From positions 11,765-75,764 of the IMG/VR virus record IMGVR_UViG_2974549060_000001: a stretch of 64,000 nucleotides of DNA; one strand, given 5' to 3'. The stretch is from a virus. Taxonomy: Duplodnaviria; Caudoviricetes. The notes beneath the pieces are model-generated. The model ran no database searches. It saw nothing but the letters and a program-made list of their open reading frames with translations, and had not been told where the DNA came from. The position numbers and the translations under genes were made by a program. How positions within the stretch are numbered: the stretch's first letter is position 1; each line of letters opens with the position of its first letter. This document shows positions 17,621-26,761 of this stretch, piece by piece.

Positions 17621-20332
17621 CTAAGCTCCTGTCCACGTACCGTGGGCATCAACGTATTTAACCCAATCCTTCGGCTTCCACTTAGAAGTGTTCTCCGGTG
17701 GCGGTGGGCAGGTGTATTTACCTAACTCAGCCCATTCACAACGACGCCTGAAATACAACTCGTCGTGGATAGCTGACTTAATGCCTTCTTCGGACAGATT
17801 GTTGTCCAGCGTGATCGGTGTCGCCCAGTTTGGATAATAGATATCCAGGTTGGCCGGTAACGGTACACGAGGGTCAGCAATTTCAGGTAACCCTTTCCAG
17901 GCCATCTCTTCAATGAGGTGGTCATTGGCAAATTTAATTGCAGCAGGATTCCTGCGAATAAGCAGGTAAATGGCATCGTGAATCAACGCTACAGGCAGAA
18001 TGTCGTTACGGAAGGGCGAAGCCCAGACCTTCTGCATAAAAGCGTTTACAGCTCGGTTGGTGAGCAATCCGTATGACTGACCGCTCACTGCGTTGCCGAG
18101 GCTCCGGCCTTCGGCCTCTGCCTCGCGCATCGTGCGTGAGCTTTTCAGTACAGAACGGTGCAACAGTGGGGTACGGATACGGAGGCCAAAGGCTCCGGTG
18201 CCATAACCAACTTTGGTTGCATCTGCAATTTTACCCTGTACCCACTCGCCCGATACTTCGTAGAGCTTGTGGAAGTTTTCTTCGATCCGCTGAGCTTCTT
18301 CTTTAGAGAAGCCGCAGTTCTTGACCAGGGTAAGCCAGGTGCCCAGATATTGCAGGGCAAATGATACGGGTTTGGATTGACCACGTTCAGCTTTGAACTC
18401 TTCCTGGATTCGGTTAACCCCCTCAACGGTGTTCGGCAGGTGAGTAAACTTCTCCGGCCAGTATGCGTAGGTACGCATGGAGTGAGGATCATACCCGTCC
18501 GTAAAGACTTTAATCTTGTTCGGATCCTGGGTGAGTAGGGCATTGATACGGTCTTCCAGAGCATTGAAGTCAGCCCCGGCAAACAGCCAGCCATCAGGTG
18601 CGGAGAAGATGTACTTAATGAGCTTCCCGAATGTAGAACCGGATGGGAGGTTTTGCAGGTTGGGGTCTGAGGAACTCAGTCGCCCGGATAACGTACCGCC
18701 GAGGTTAAAGCTGCCATGCAGATACCAGCGACCATTACCCTTATCGAAGCCAGCTTCGAATGCAGGTATGAACGAGCTGAGGATTTTGGACACTTTGTTG
18801 TAGTCGATTAACGCCCGCAACAGTGCTTTGGCCTCTTCCGTCTTGGCGTGGAACTCCAGCTTGTCGATGGTGTCCGATGCAGCAGACGGTTGCTTGGTCT
18901 TGGTACGCTCAATGACTGGCAACTGCATTACGTCGTAAAGCAGGATGCCGACTTGTGGGTTACTGCCTGGGTTAAAGTGCATGTCTTTGAAGTGTTCCAG
19001 CGGGTGCTGTTTCGTCTTCAATTTAGCATTGGCTGCCATCATTGCATTGGTCTGAATGATGCGTTCAGCCTCTTTAACGAAGCGTGTGCCACGCATCAAC
19101 TGAATAGCGGCATTAAGCCCTTTCTCCAGTTTCTGTCTGGCTTCTGCAATCTTGACCGGTATCATCGGCATACCAGTCAATTCGATTTGCAGAATGGTTT
19201 TCAGTGATGGTAGGAATTGCTCTTTATAAATTTTGAGCTGCCCGTCACGCACCATGATCGGATAATATTTCTCCTTCACATACATGGTGGACATTGTGTC
19301 AATCACGTTGTACTGGAGTAGCTCCGGTAACGGGATAGCCAGAATGTTTTTGATATCGTCCTTCGCCCAGTTCCCGGCAAATTCATGAGCCAGGGTTTTA
19401 AGACCCAGCTCATTTCCTGCCGTGGAGTTAGTCGCTAGATACGCAATGAGCTTGGTATCGTCGAGGTTCTTGGTGAGGACTTCAAGCCCTTCCAGCAAGC
19501 CAGCATTGTCCAGTGGATCGGTCATATACAGGTTGTAGATGAGGACTTTGATATCGTAGCCGCCGTGGTGGTAAGTGACCTTACCCTCATAGGCTTCGAA
19601 GAACTTTTTCAGCTTGTATCGGAAGTACGGATTGAAAATCCGGGTATTCTCCCCGTTCTGCTGGATCATGTCACAACGCATCCCGATGCCACCAGTGGTG
19701 TCCTTCGAGAACGCGATTGTACCGATACCTGCTTTGAACGGATGGAGGCTGAAAGTTTCGAGGTCAACTGCGACCTCCGGCCACTTCATGATTTCGGCAA
19801 ATGCCTTATCAATCTCGTTGTCCGTTACAGGGTAGAACGCCCACTTAAGGATATCTGCACCGAGTGCCTGATAGGAACCCTTAAGGCTACTCGCCAGAGT
19901 TTTGATGGACAGATCCAGCTTTTCAGACTGGGCAGGGTTGTACGTCAGTGCCTGGTAGTTAACACCCAGAGTGATCTGGATATCTTCATACCCCGGCCAT
20001 GCACATGGCAGCATATAACCGAGCTGAGCTTCTGCCTTCGTATTCTTGGTCAAGACCTTGAAATAATTCGAATCGGCACAATATACATGCTTGGTTTGTA
20101 GCTTTTTAAGCGCAGGTAGGAGTTGTTCCAGGTACTTCTTAATATGCCCTACCGGAGCCTTATTATTCGGCTGGTAGTCCAGTGTGAACACCACCAGATT
20201 CTCTGACGCATAACCATCAGCTTCCAGTGGATCAACATAGAAACGTTTAATCTCCGAGGGCATTAATGCTGCCTCTTTGATAAGGATCGCCGTTTCATAC
20301 GTCGGGCGAGTTGCATAGATTAAGTGTCGCAT
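17621..20332 (-). CDS. family A DNA polymerase (N4 gp39-like)
   Basis: Exo VDLET and YNVID; GTLSGRLSSSDPNLQN; motif A ADFNALE; motif B RGQSKPVSFALQY; motif C IHDAI. Confidence 0.97.
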   Translation of the reverse strand: MRHLIYATRPTYETAILIKEAALMPSEIKRFYVDPLEADGYASENLVVFTLDYQPNNKAPVGHIKKYLEQLLPALKKLQTKHVYCADSNYFKVLTKNTKAEAQLGYMLPCAWPGYEDIQITLGVNYQALTYNPAQSEKLDLSIKTLASSLKGSYQALGADILKWAFYPVTDNEIDKAFAEIMKWPEVAVDLETFSLHPFKAGIGTIAFSKDTTGGIGMRCDMIQQNGENTRIFNPYFRYKLKKFFEAYEGKVTYHHGGYDIKVLIYNLYMTDPLDNAGLLEGLEVLTKNLDDTKLIAYLATNSTAGNELGLKTLAHEFAGNWAKDDIKNILAIPLPELLQYNVIDTMSTMYVKEKYYPIMVRDGQLKIYKEQFLPSLKTILQIELTGMPMIPVKIAEARQKLEKGLNAAIQLMRGTRFVKEAERIIQTNAMMAANAKLKTKQHPLEHFKDMHFNPGSNPQVGILLYDVMQLPVIERTKTKQPSAASDTIDKLEFHAKTEEAKALLRALIDYNKVSKILSSFIPAFEAGFDKGNGRWYLHGSFNLGGTLSGRLSSSDPNLQNLPSGSTFGKLIKYIFSAPDGWLFAGADFNALEDRINALLTQDPNKIKVFTDGYDPHSMRTYAYWPEKFTHLPNTVEGVNRIQEEFKAERGQSKPVSFALQYLGTWLTLVKNCGFSKEEAQRIEENFHKLYEVSGEWVQGKIADATKVGYGTGAFGLRIRTPLLHRSVLKSSRTMREAEAEGRSLGNAVSGQSYGLLTNRAVNAFMQKVWASPFRNDILPVALIHDAIYLLIRRNPAAIKFANDHLIEEMAWKGLPEIADPRVPLPANLDIYYPNWATPITLDNNLSEEGIKSAIHDELYFRRRCEWAELGKYTCPPPPENTSKWKPKDWVKYVDAHGTWTGA

Positions 20333-20847
20333 CAGACCCCCTCCCCGTGGTTAGTAAATCCTCCATGAAGGCTCTCACGAATATTTTTTAATGCTTCATT
20401 CGCAGCGGCTGCTGTAGGGTGACCGTAGGTAGAGTGGCATACTCCATGTTTGCGTACTTGCCCATACCAGGATTTGGAAGGGGCATGAAAATAAACCCCT
20501 TTGAAGCCAGAGGTATTATTTCGACCCCTTCGGGTGTTACAGCGGTTTTCTGATACATCAGCCTCACGCAGATTGCACCAACGATTATCTGAACGAATAT
20601 TGTTGATATGATCTGTTTCGTGTTTAGGCCATTTTCCTGTCATAAATAGGAAAGCTAACCTATGGCAAAGGTAGAGCTTTTTATCAATAACTAGTTCGAC
20701 ATACCCACTAACTGTATTGATATGTCCAGCCGTGTCCCCAGACTTAGCTCGCCAATTTCTGTCAAAATTCCAGGTAAAGTGACCGGTATCGGGGTTGTAC
20801 GATACTAAATTTTTCAGTTCAGCTTGTGTTACAGATGGTTGCCTCAT
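20332..20847 (-). CDS. HNH-AP2 homing endonuclease
   Basis: YNPDTGHF; CHRLAF..TDHINNIRSDNRWCNLR; NTSGFKGV. Confidence 0.92.
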   Translation of the reverse strand: MRQPSVTQAELKNLVSYNPDTGHFTWNFDRNWRAKSGDTAGHINTVSGYVELVIDKKLYLCHRLAFLFMTGKWPKHETDHINNIRSDNRWCNLREADVSENRCNTRRGRNNTSGFKGVYFHAPSKSWYGQVRKHGVCHSTYGHPTAAAANEALKNIRESLHGGFTNHGEGV

Positions 20848-20881
20848 GAAAATAGACCTCTCTCGTCATTAACATGATATT

Positions 20882-20905
20882 AAAAAACCAGCCCCTAAGG
20901 GCTGG
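20882..20905 (-). terminator. intrinsic terminator after rIIB
   Basis: CCAGCCC-TTAG-GGGCTGGTTTTTT. Confidence 0.85.
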
Positions 20906-20928
20906 CTTAAGGTGCTACAGTTTACAGC

Positions 20929-23037
20929 TTACTTCGTCAGGCTTTCAATCACCTCGACCACTTCATCACTGACGCCTAGAACGGCCCAGGATTTCTTCGC
21001 TGCTTTCTTGATTGCCAAAGCTTGCCCAGCAATTTGAGGGTTAATAATGCCCCCTTTCAGCACTTCGGCCAGTCGAGCTTTAGGGCTACCAGCCTTCGGT
21101 GCTTTTGCTTTCAGGTCGTCGAAACCAGATACGGTTTTAACGGCAACCTTTGGTGCTACCGACGTAGCCTTTTCAGTAACCAGCTCACCGATATCGTCAG
21201 ACAGGCCCAGGGCAGTCCACGACTTCTTACTGGATTTCTTGAAGGCCAACAGTTCGGCAGCTTTAGTACCAGCAGTGGTGCTGGTTGCCGCGCCTTTGAA
21301 CTCATCGTACAGACGCTGAGCTGTTTGGGCTTTCGTTTCTTTTTTCACGTTTTCAACCTTCGGTTCAACCGGTGTCAGATTTTCCACTTTATTAGCCGGA
21401 GCATCTTTCACTGGCTTGAGGTCAGCCGGGAGTACCGGTTTAGACGGTTCCGGTGGGATTGCACCTTCCGCATCAGGAATGTCCAGATTGGTGTTGCGGA
21501 TATCTTCTGGTTGCAGGGGTGCAACGGTAGAATCCACATCCTCCAGATCCGTAATGGTCAGCTTAGTGCCTTGAGCACCGCCGATTTGTACGGTCTGGTC
21601 AATCTTGATGTGCTTACCACGCAGAACAGCATTGAGCAGTTCAGCACCGCCTTTGACGTTCGACAGTTTACCGCCGTTGTTAACGGTGGCAGTCTGGCCT
21701 TTGTCCAGTACGGCCAGGATATCGTAACCAGCAACACGCATTTTATTGTTGCTGTACTCCGGCACCGCGATAACGTCTTCCGGGGCAACCTTACCGATAA
21801 TGGTAATTTCGCCATAGAAGCTACGCAGATAGCTGAGTGCTGCAACATGCAGTCCATTGGAGCAATCCTGACGGCGATCTGGGTCAACCAGACTTTCATC
21901 CATGAAGACGCGGGAGCCGACACGCTGGGTGACACAACGGGAGTAAACGTCCACGTAAATGTCACGGCCCTGCTTGTCCTTACCGGATTTGGTCAGACGT
22001 TTGTAGATCACAATGGAGCCGTCATCAGCAATTGGTAGGTCGCCATGCTTCATGAACTTCATCAGATCTTCAACACTGAAACGACGCTTGTTGACGACAG
22101 TACCCAGACGTTCCAGGAATTTCTGGAAGCCGGTGAAGTCTTTAAGCGTGGTTGCAGCTTTGAGCTGATTGCCCAGATGCTGAGCTTCCGGGATGATGGT
22201 ACGGCCACCGTTGGTAACGGCGACGACTGTTTCATCTTCCTTAAGTCCTTCTTTGAACTTCGGATCGCTCGGCTTGATGCCTTCGGCTTCGAGAATATCC
22301 AGACGAGCATTGGCCTCAGCCAACTTCTCTTCAATGGTTTTCTCTGCCGGGGCAACCGGAGCCAGTGGAGCAGCAGGTTCAATTACTGGCTTATCCCCAG
22401 TCGGGGTTTTCACCAGTTGTACCTGACCACCAGCCAGCAACACTTGCTCACGAATATCCTGAGCTTTAGCGGCTGTTACGCTGGTGGCGATCATCACGGG
22501 CTTAGACGCATTGACCAGATCAGCAGACTCTCTAAAGCCAGCACCGGTAGTTACACGGATAGCCTTAATAACAGCAACCTTATTCCCATCCAGGTAATCA
22601 GTCAGTAGTACATCGTAATTACCCGGTTCGAGGGTTACCTCCTCCGCAGGCTCTACTTCACTGCCCGGCACCACGCCCAGAGTCTGGGGTGATACGTAGG
22701 CAGATGGTGCAGGATCAGCAACGGCAGGAGCCGGTTCAGGTTCGTCTTTAAACCAGTCGGCAATGCTTTTCTTCGCTACCTTGAAGAAACGTATTACACC
22801 ACCACTGGCTTGCTCTGCTTCGCCAAATTCAGGGTTTTCCATGATAGGGCGAGGCATTTCCAGCGACACTTCTACCGGACGCGGAGGAACCTCGGAGAGA
22901 GGTTCTTTTACCGCAGCCATGATATTAGTGATGCGGGGGTCACCCTGTACCAGAGTGACACTGCTGCCATCCGGTGAGAACAGGATGACGTGGCGAGCGT
23001 CTACTGACACCGCCACAACCACTACAGATTTGTTCAT
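20929..23037 (-). CDS. rIIB: rIIB-like protein with inserted ribosomal L7/L12 C-terminal domain
   Basis: [35 protein letters not shown] rIIB core; follows rIIA. Confidence 0.9.
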   Translation of the reverse strand: [702 protein letters not shown]

Positions 23038-25460
23038 TTTTTAGTTCCGTTTTTCATCGCGATTAAAACGAGGGATCGGAAAGCAGCTTTTCTTTCCGGG
23101 TTTGACGCAAGCAGGTCACGAAGTTCATCGATACCGATGGTTTCAATAACGAAGTCATTCATGACTGACTTGAGTTGCTTAATCCAGGAGAACTCCTGGA
23201 GTTTATATTTGTTAACCGCCAGAGCCTGATCGTACTCGGCTTCGGTGATAACTTCGTCCTGCAACAAACGGTACAGGCTGTTATTGTCGATAACGTCCAG
23301 CACACGTTCCAGGTCGGCACGATAGGTCAGCTTCTTCAAGCCAGGTAGCTTGATACCCAGCGACTCAACCAGTCGGAGGACTGGAGATTTAATGTCGTGG
23401 ATGTTGCTGAGGTCAGGGCTACGGTGACGAGTTAGATATTCCTTCATCTCTTTGCTGAAATAGATCTCCAACATAGGTTTCAGGAAATACTGGTCGATGT
23501 GAACAGCACCGCGCTTAATAGCCATGTTGCGTTCTACGCCGGTACGCACTACTACCGCGTTGTCCAGCATGTCGTCAGTCAACATAGCCGGTACGCAATA
23601 GCGCCCCAGTTTGGTGTATTTAACGGCAGCATAGTCAACGTAGAAGATTGGAGCATCCACCCAACCTTCCCACTCGGATTTATCTTTAATACTGGAACGG
23701 TCAAATACGAATCCGTTCTTAGTAGGCTCACAGATATTCCGTAATGGAATAAGACCATTGGATACCTTCGACTTGACTGGTTTCTCTTTGGCGACACGAG
23801 CCTTACGGTTCTGTACGACCGGATCCCACTCATGGTTAAGTGTCAGATCAACGACCTCCCAGCCCGCAGCAGAAAAAGCTGCACGTTCTTTGATGCCATC
23901 GTTCTTCTTCTTACCGATGTGGTACACGTAATAGTTACGGTTGTGGGCACGGTTTTCGAAGCCCGGCCAGTAGCTGCACGAGTACGTGATTTCCTTCAAC
24001 CGGGTGGTTACGAATACCACCGGTTTCTGGAACATTGTAGCCATTGCACGAAGATTCATATTGTCGTTATAGACATGATGGTTACGGGTACGCAGGTTAC
24101 GATACGGCGACCAGACCAGGGAGCGGAGGCTACCCATACTCAGGTCAGGATGCTTCATCACTTTCAGCATTGGTTTAGCCACAAATTGCCAGAACAGCTT
24201 ACGATAAGACAGCTCATTCTTTGACTCCTTCGCTGCATACACCGCTTTCAGGATCTGCTTCTGGAACTTATGCCCTTTAAAGGCTTTCCGATACACTTCC
24301 ATCTCTGCATTACGCATCATGGATTTGTAATGCTTACGGAAGCACTCGCCCAAGCTGCTCAGGATGTAATGCTGAGACAGCGACGGCATAAAGCTAACCC
24401 AGTTAATCCACTTCGTCGTATGGAGCTGGTTGATACTAAGGCTGGTGATGTATTGGGCTACACGTTTGGCATCTGCCGGGATGCTGGCACGAATGTCTTT
24501 CTCAACACGTTCGGTCAGCTTAAGGCAGAGGTCAACCACACCGTTCTCTGTCATCTTCTGGCTTGATAAAGCTTCACGGCTTGGGGTCAATGCCAGAGTG
24601 TCAGGAGCAGCCTGAACCACAATACGATCCACGGCGATGATTTGCATGAAACGCTTAATGGTATCCAGAGCCGGGCGGGTGGCCGGAGTATCCAGAGCCG
24701 GATACATCACACCACCATAACGGATGAAGATCTCATGGTAACCCATGTAGTCCTGATACCAGGTGTTGCTACTGAACGAGTAGGAACCCGGTTCCGTAGA
24801 CATACCCAGTTTAGGTAGTAACGGTTTGCTGGAGTTGGAGTAATACCCTTCAACTTTCAGCTCGATGTTCATCTCGCCGTGCATCGCGATATAACGAATA
24901 TACGTCAGGAACTCGTACACATCGTTCTCTTCGATTGGGATACTGACCTCAAGGCCAGACTCCGTAGTCGGAGCTGACATGATTTCAGTGATCCCTGGCT
25001 TACCACCGGATTCGACTGAGGACTTGGTGATGTTGTACACCGACATCGTACCATTATGGTAAGACGTGACACGGAAGCTGTCGGTATACGCGAACGGTGA
25101 CTTACAGCCCAGGCCAAAGCCACCAGTGGATTTACTGTCGTTCTTTTTGGTAGACGCACCATAGGTGCCGTATACCGCACCCATACTTTCTGGGGCGATA
25201 CCCTTACCGTAATCACGGAAGGTCAGAACAAAGTCTTCACTGATACGCACCAGACCGGGCACATTGGTTTTACCCGCGTCAATATGTGCATCCCAAAGGT
25301 TGCAGAGCACCTCACGGGCTACAGCTAACTTCTGGTTTGAATACAGGTTCGCAGACAGGATCTGGAAGAACGCCGGATCATCGGTGATACCGAAGTCGAT
25401 AGTTTTACCACCACCCAGAGTAGCGGAAGTAGCCAATTGAGTAGAGTCAGATACATTCAT
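23034..25460 (-). CDS. rIIA: rIIA-like protein with GHKL ATPase N-terminus
   Basis: LYSNQKLAVAREVLCNLWDAH, RDYGKGI, GGFGLGCKSPFAY. Confidence 0.92.
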   Translation of the reverse strand: MNVSDSTQLATSATLGGGKTIDFGITDDPAFFQILSANLYSNQKLAVAREVLCNLWDAHIDAGKTNVPGLVRISEDFVLTFRDYGKGIAPESMGAVYGTYGASTKKNDSKSTGGFGLGCKSPFAYTDSFRVTSYHNGTMSVYNITKSSVESGGKPGITEIMSAPTTESGLEVSIPIEENDVYEFLTYIRYIAMHGEMNIELKVEGYYSNSSKPLLPKLGMSTEPGSYSFSSNTWYQDYMGYHEIFIRYGGVMYPALDTPATRPALDTIKRFMQIIAVDRIVVQAAPDTLALTPSREALSSQKMTENGVVDLCLKLTERVEKDIRASIPADAKRVAQYITSLSINQLHTTKWINWVSFMPSLSQHYILSSLGECFRKHYKSMMRNAEMEVYRKAFKGHKFQKQILKAVYAAKESKNELSYRKLFWQFVAKPMLKVMKHPDLSMGSLRSLVWSPYRNLRTRNHHVYNDNMNLRAMATMFQKPVVFVTTRLKEITYSCSYWPGFENRAHNRNYYVYHIGKKKNDGIKERAAFSAAGWEVVDLTLNHEWDPVVQNRKARVAKEKPVKSKVSNGLIPLRNICEPTKNGFVFDRSSIKDKSEWEGWVDAPIFYVDYAAVKYTKLGRYCVPAMLTDDMLDNAVVVRTGVERNMAIKRGAVHIDQYFLKPMLEIYFSKEMKEYLTRHRSPDLSNIHDIKSPVLRLVESLGIKLPGLKKLTYRADLERVLDVIDNNSLYRLLQDEVITEAEYDQALAVNKYKLQEFSWIKQLKSVMNDFVIETIGIDELRDLLASNPERKAAFRSLVLIAMKNGTKK

Positions 25461-25502
25461 TTTGCAAATCCTTAAGTAAGATTTAGAAAGGCTTTTAAAA
25501 AG

Positions 25503-25525
25503 AAAAGCCAGATTAAATCTGGCTT
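25503..25525 (-). terminator. intrinsic terminator
   Basis: AAGCCAGAT-TTA-ATCTGGCTTTTCT on the minus strand. Confidence 0.7.
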
Positions 25526-25531
25526 GGTTTG

Positions 25532-25726
25532 TTATGGGTAAACGTTCTTACACGCATTCCAGATCACTTCCCGTAACTCTTTATGGGGTTGAGTTTCTTG
25601 CTCCGGCTTGACACCAGAAGGTGGGTTTTGAACTAACACTTTCAGAGCAACTACTTGCTCAGCAGAAAGGTTGTTCAATTGCAGAGAATAACTGGAAGTA
25701 GTTATTAAACTCGCATTAGCCATCAT
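25532..25726 (-). CDS. hypothetical protein
   Basis: 64-aa coupled ORF. Confidence 0.6.
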   Translation of the reverse strand: MMANASLITTSSYSLQLNNLSAEQVVALKVLVQNPPSGVKPEQETQPHKELREVIWNACKNVYP

Positions 25727-25902
25727 TCACCTGCCTTATAAATCTTGATGACTTTATCTACAGCTTCCTGCGGATTCAGCCCGGTAGCAGCATGAATCAC
25801 ATACTCATGCTCACCGTACATGTCAGCCTGCCATCCACCCTCATACTGAGGTATCAAAGCGATACGATATTGGCAGAGTTGGTCAACAAAAGAGTTTCCC
25901 AT
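25723..25902 (-). CDS. 59-aa protein, possible HicB-like fold
   Basis: Not in the ORF track; MGNSFVDQLCQYRIALIPQYEGGWQADMYGEHEYVIHAATGLNPQEAVDKVIKIYKAGE; TAATG and ATGA coupling. Confidence 0.7.
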   Translation of the reverse strand: MGNSFVDQLCQYRIALIPQYEGGWQADMYGEHEYVIHAATGLNPQEAVDKVIKIYKAGE

Positions 25903-26240
25903 TATTCACCTACCTTCGGCAGTTTACTTGCCATAGCCTGGAGTACGAAGACGGCCAGATCAGATGCCATGGCGTCAGTCACGTCATCGGGATAAACAAT
26001 AGAGTCTTCCGACCAACCGTCCAAAATATTTTGTACTTCGGCCAGACCAGCCTGAACCATATCAGGAGTCGGCTGAGTAAATGCCTTCTCTAACTGGTCA
26101 ATGCGGCTAACCAGGGCCAGAACCAGGTTATCTCCAGTAATGTCACGAAATAACTGGCCGTTACGACGAGCAACAAAGTGAGTACCATTAGTATGGCTAA
26201 CTTCATAGTCGCCTACCTTTACAATTGTTTCAGTGGTCAT
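25902..26240 (-). CDS. hypothetical protein
   Basis: 112-aa coupled ORF. Confidence 0.65.
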   Translation of the reverse strand: MTTETIVKVGDYEVSHTNGTHFVARRNGQLFRDITGDNLVLALVSRIDQLEKAFTQPTPDMVQAGLAEVQNILDGWSEDSIVYPDDVTDAMASDLAVFVLQAMASKLPKVGE

Positions 26241-26761
26241 TGAATTACCCCCAGGACGTTCTTGGTTACCCGTTGAAACAGGATATCCAGATTGTCCTTA
26301 TGTTTGAGTTTGAACTCGGCTACCTGTTCGTCCGTTAATGGGACGAAGTTATCGGTATCCAGTTCTCGTTGGATTCCCATAGCCTCCATACGTGGATGGA
26401 GAAGCTCTGGGAGCAGTTGATACAGATGAGTTACACTCTCGCACCGGGACGATGCTGCAACGAGGGCTGCTTGGATTTGTGCAGTCTCTACGTCCAGAGC
26501 ACGCCGGGCAGTTACGATGATGTTCATCTCACCCTGGAGGAAACCGGCCAGAGTCTGAGGAAAGCGAACCACGCCACTCTCAAACTTATACGTTTGACCT
26601 GAGAAGCGGAAAGTCAGCAGAGGCGACTTCTTTGCTTCCTGGTTTCGTATGGCGATGTTATAGATCGCATCCCTATAGAACTCTTCGGTTTTCTCATACA
26701 GTGACCGCAGCAGTTGGCTAACCACCAACTGTTTATCTTTGGTCGTCAGATCTTTGATCAT
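26237..26761 (-). CDS. conserved hypothetical protein downstream of helicase (N4 gp38 position)
   Basis: 174 aa; synteny only. Confidence 0.6.
   Translation of the reverse strand: MIKDLTTKDKQLVVSQLLRSLYEKTEEFYRDAIYNIAIRNQEAKKSPLLTFRFSGQTYKFESGVVRFPQTLAGFLQGEMNIIVTARRALDVETAQIQAALVAASSRCESVTHLYQLLPELLHPRMEAMGIQRELDTDNFVPLTDEQVAEFKLKHKDNLDILFQRVTKNVLGVIQ

Noticed and set aside
17621-20332. Intron or intein in the DNA polymerase, terminase or helicase next to HNH genes
   Set aside because: The reading frames are continuous, motifs are in order, and lengths are normal for N4-like proteins.
21022-22608. Long plus-strand ORFs (338 aa and 187 aa) opposite rIIB, and similar antisense ORFs opposite the capsid, portal and polymerase genes
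   Set aside because: They are shadows of strongly biased codon usage on the coding strand; no RBS or recognisable motifs.
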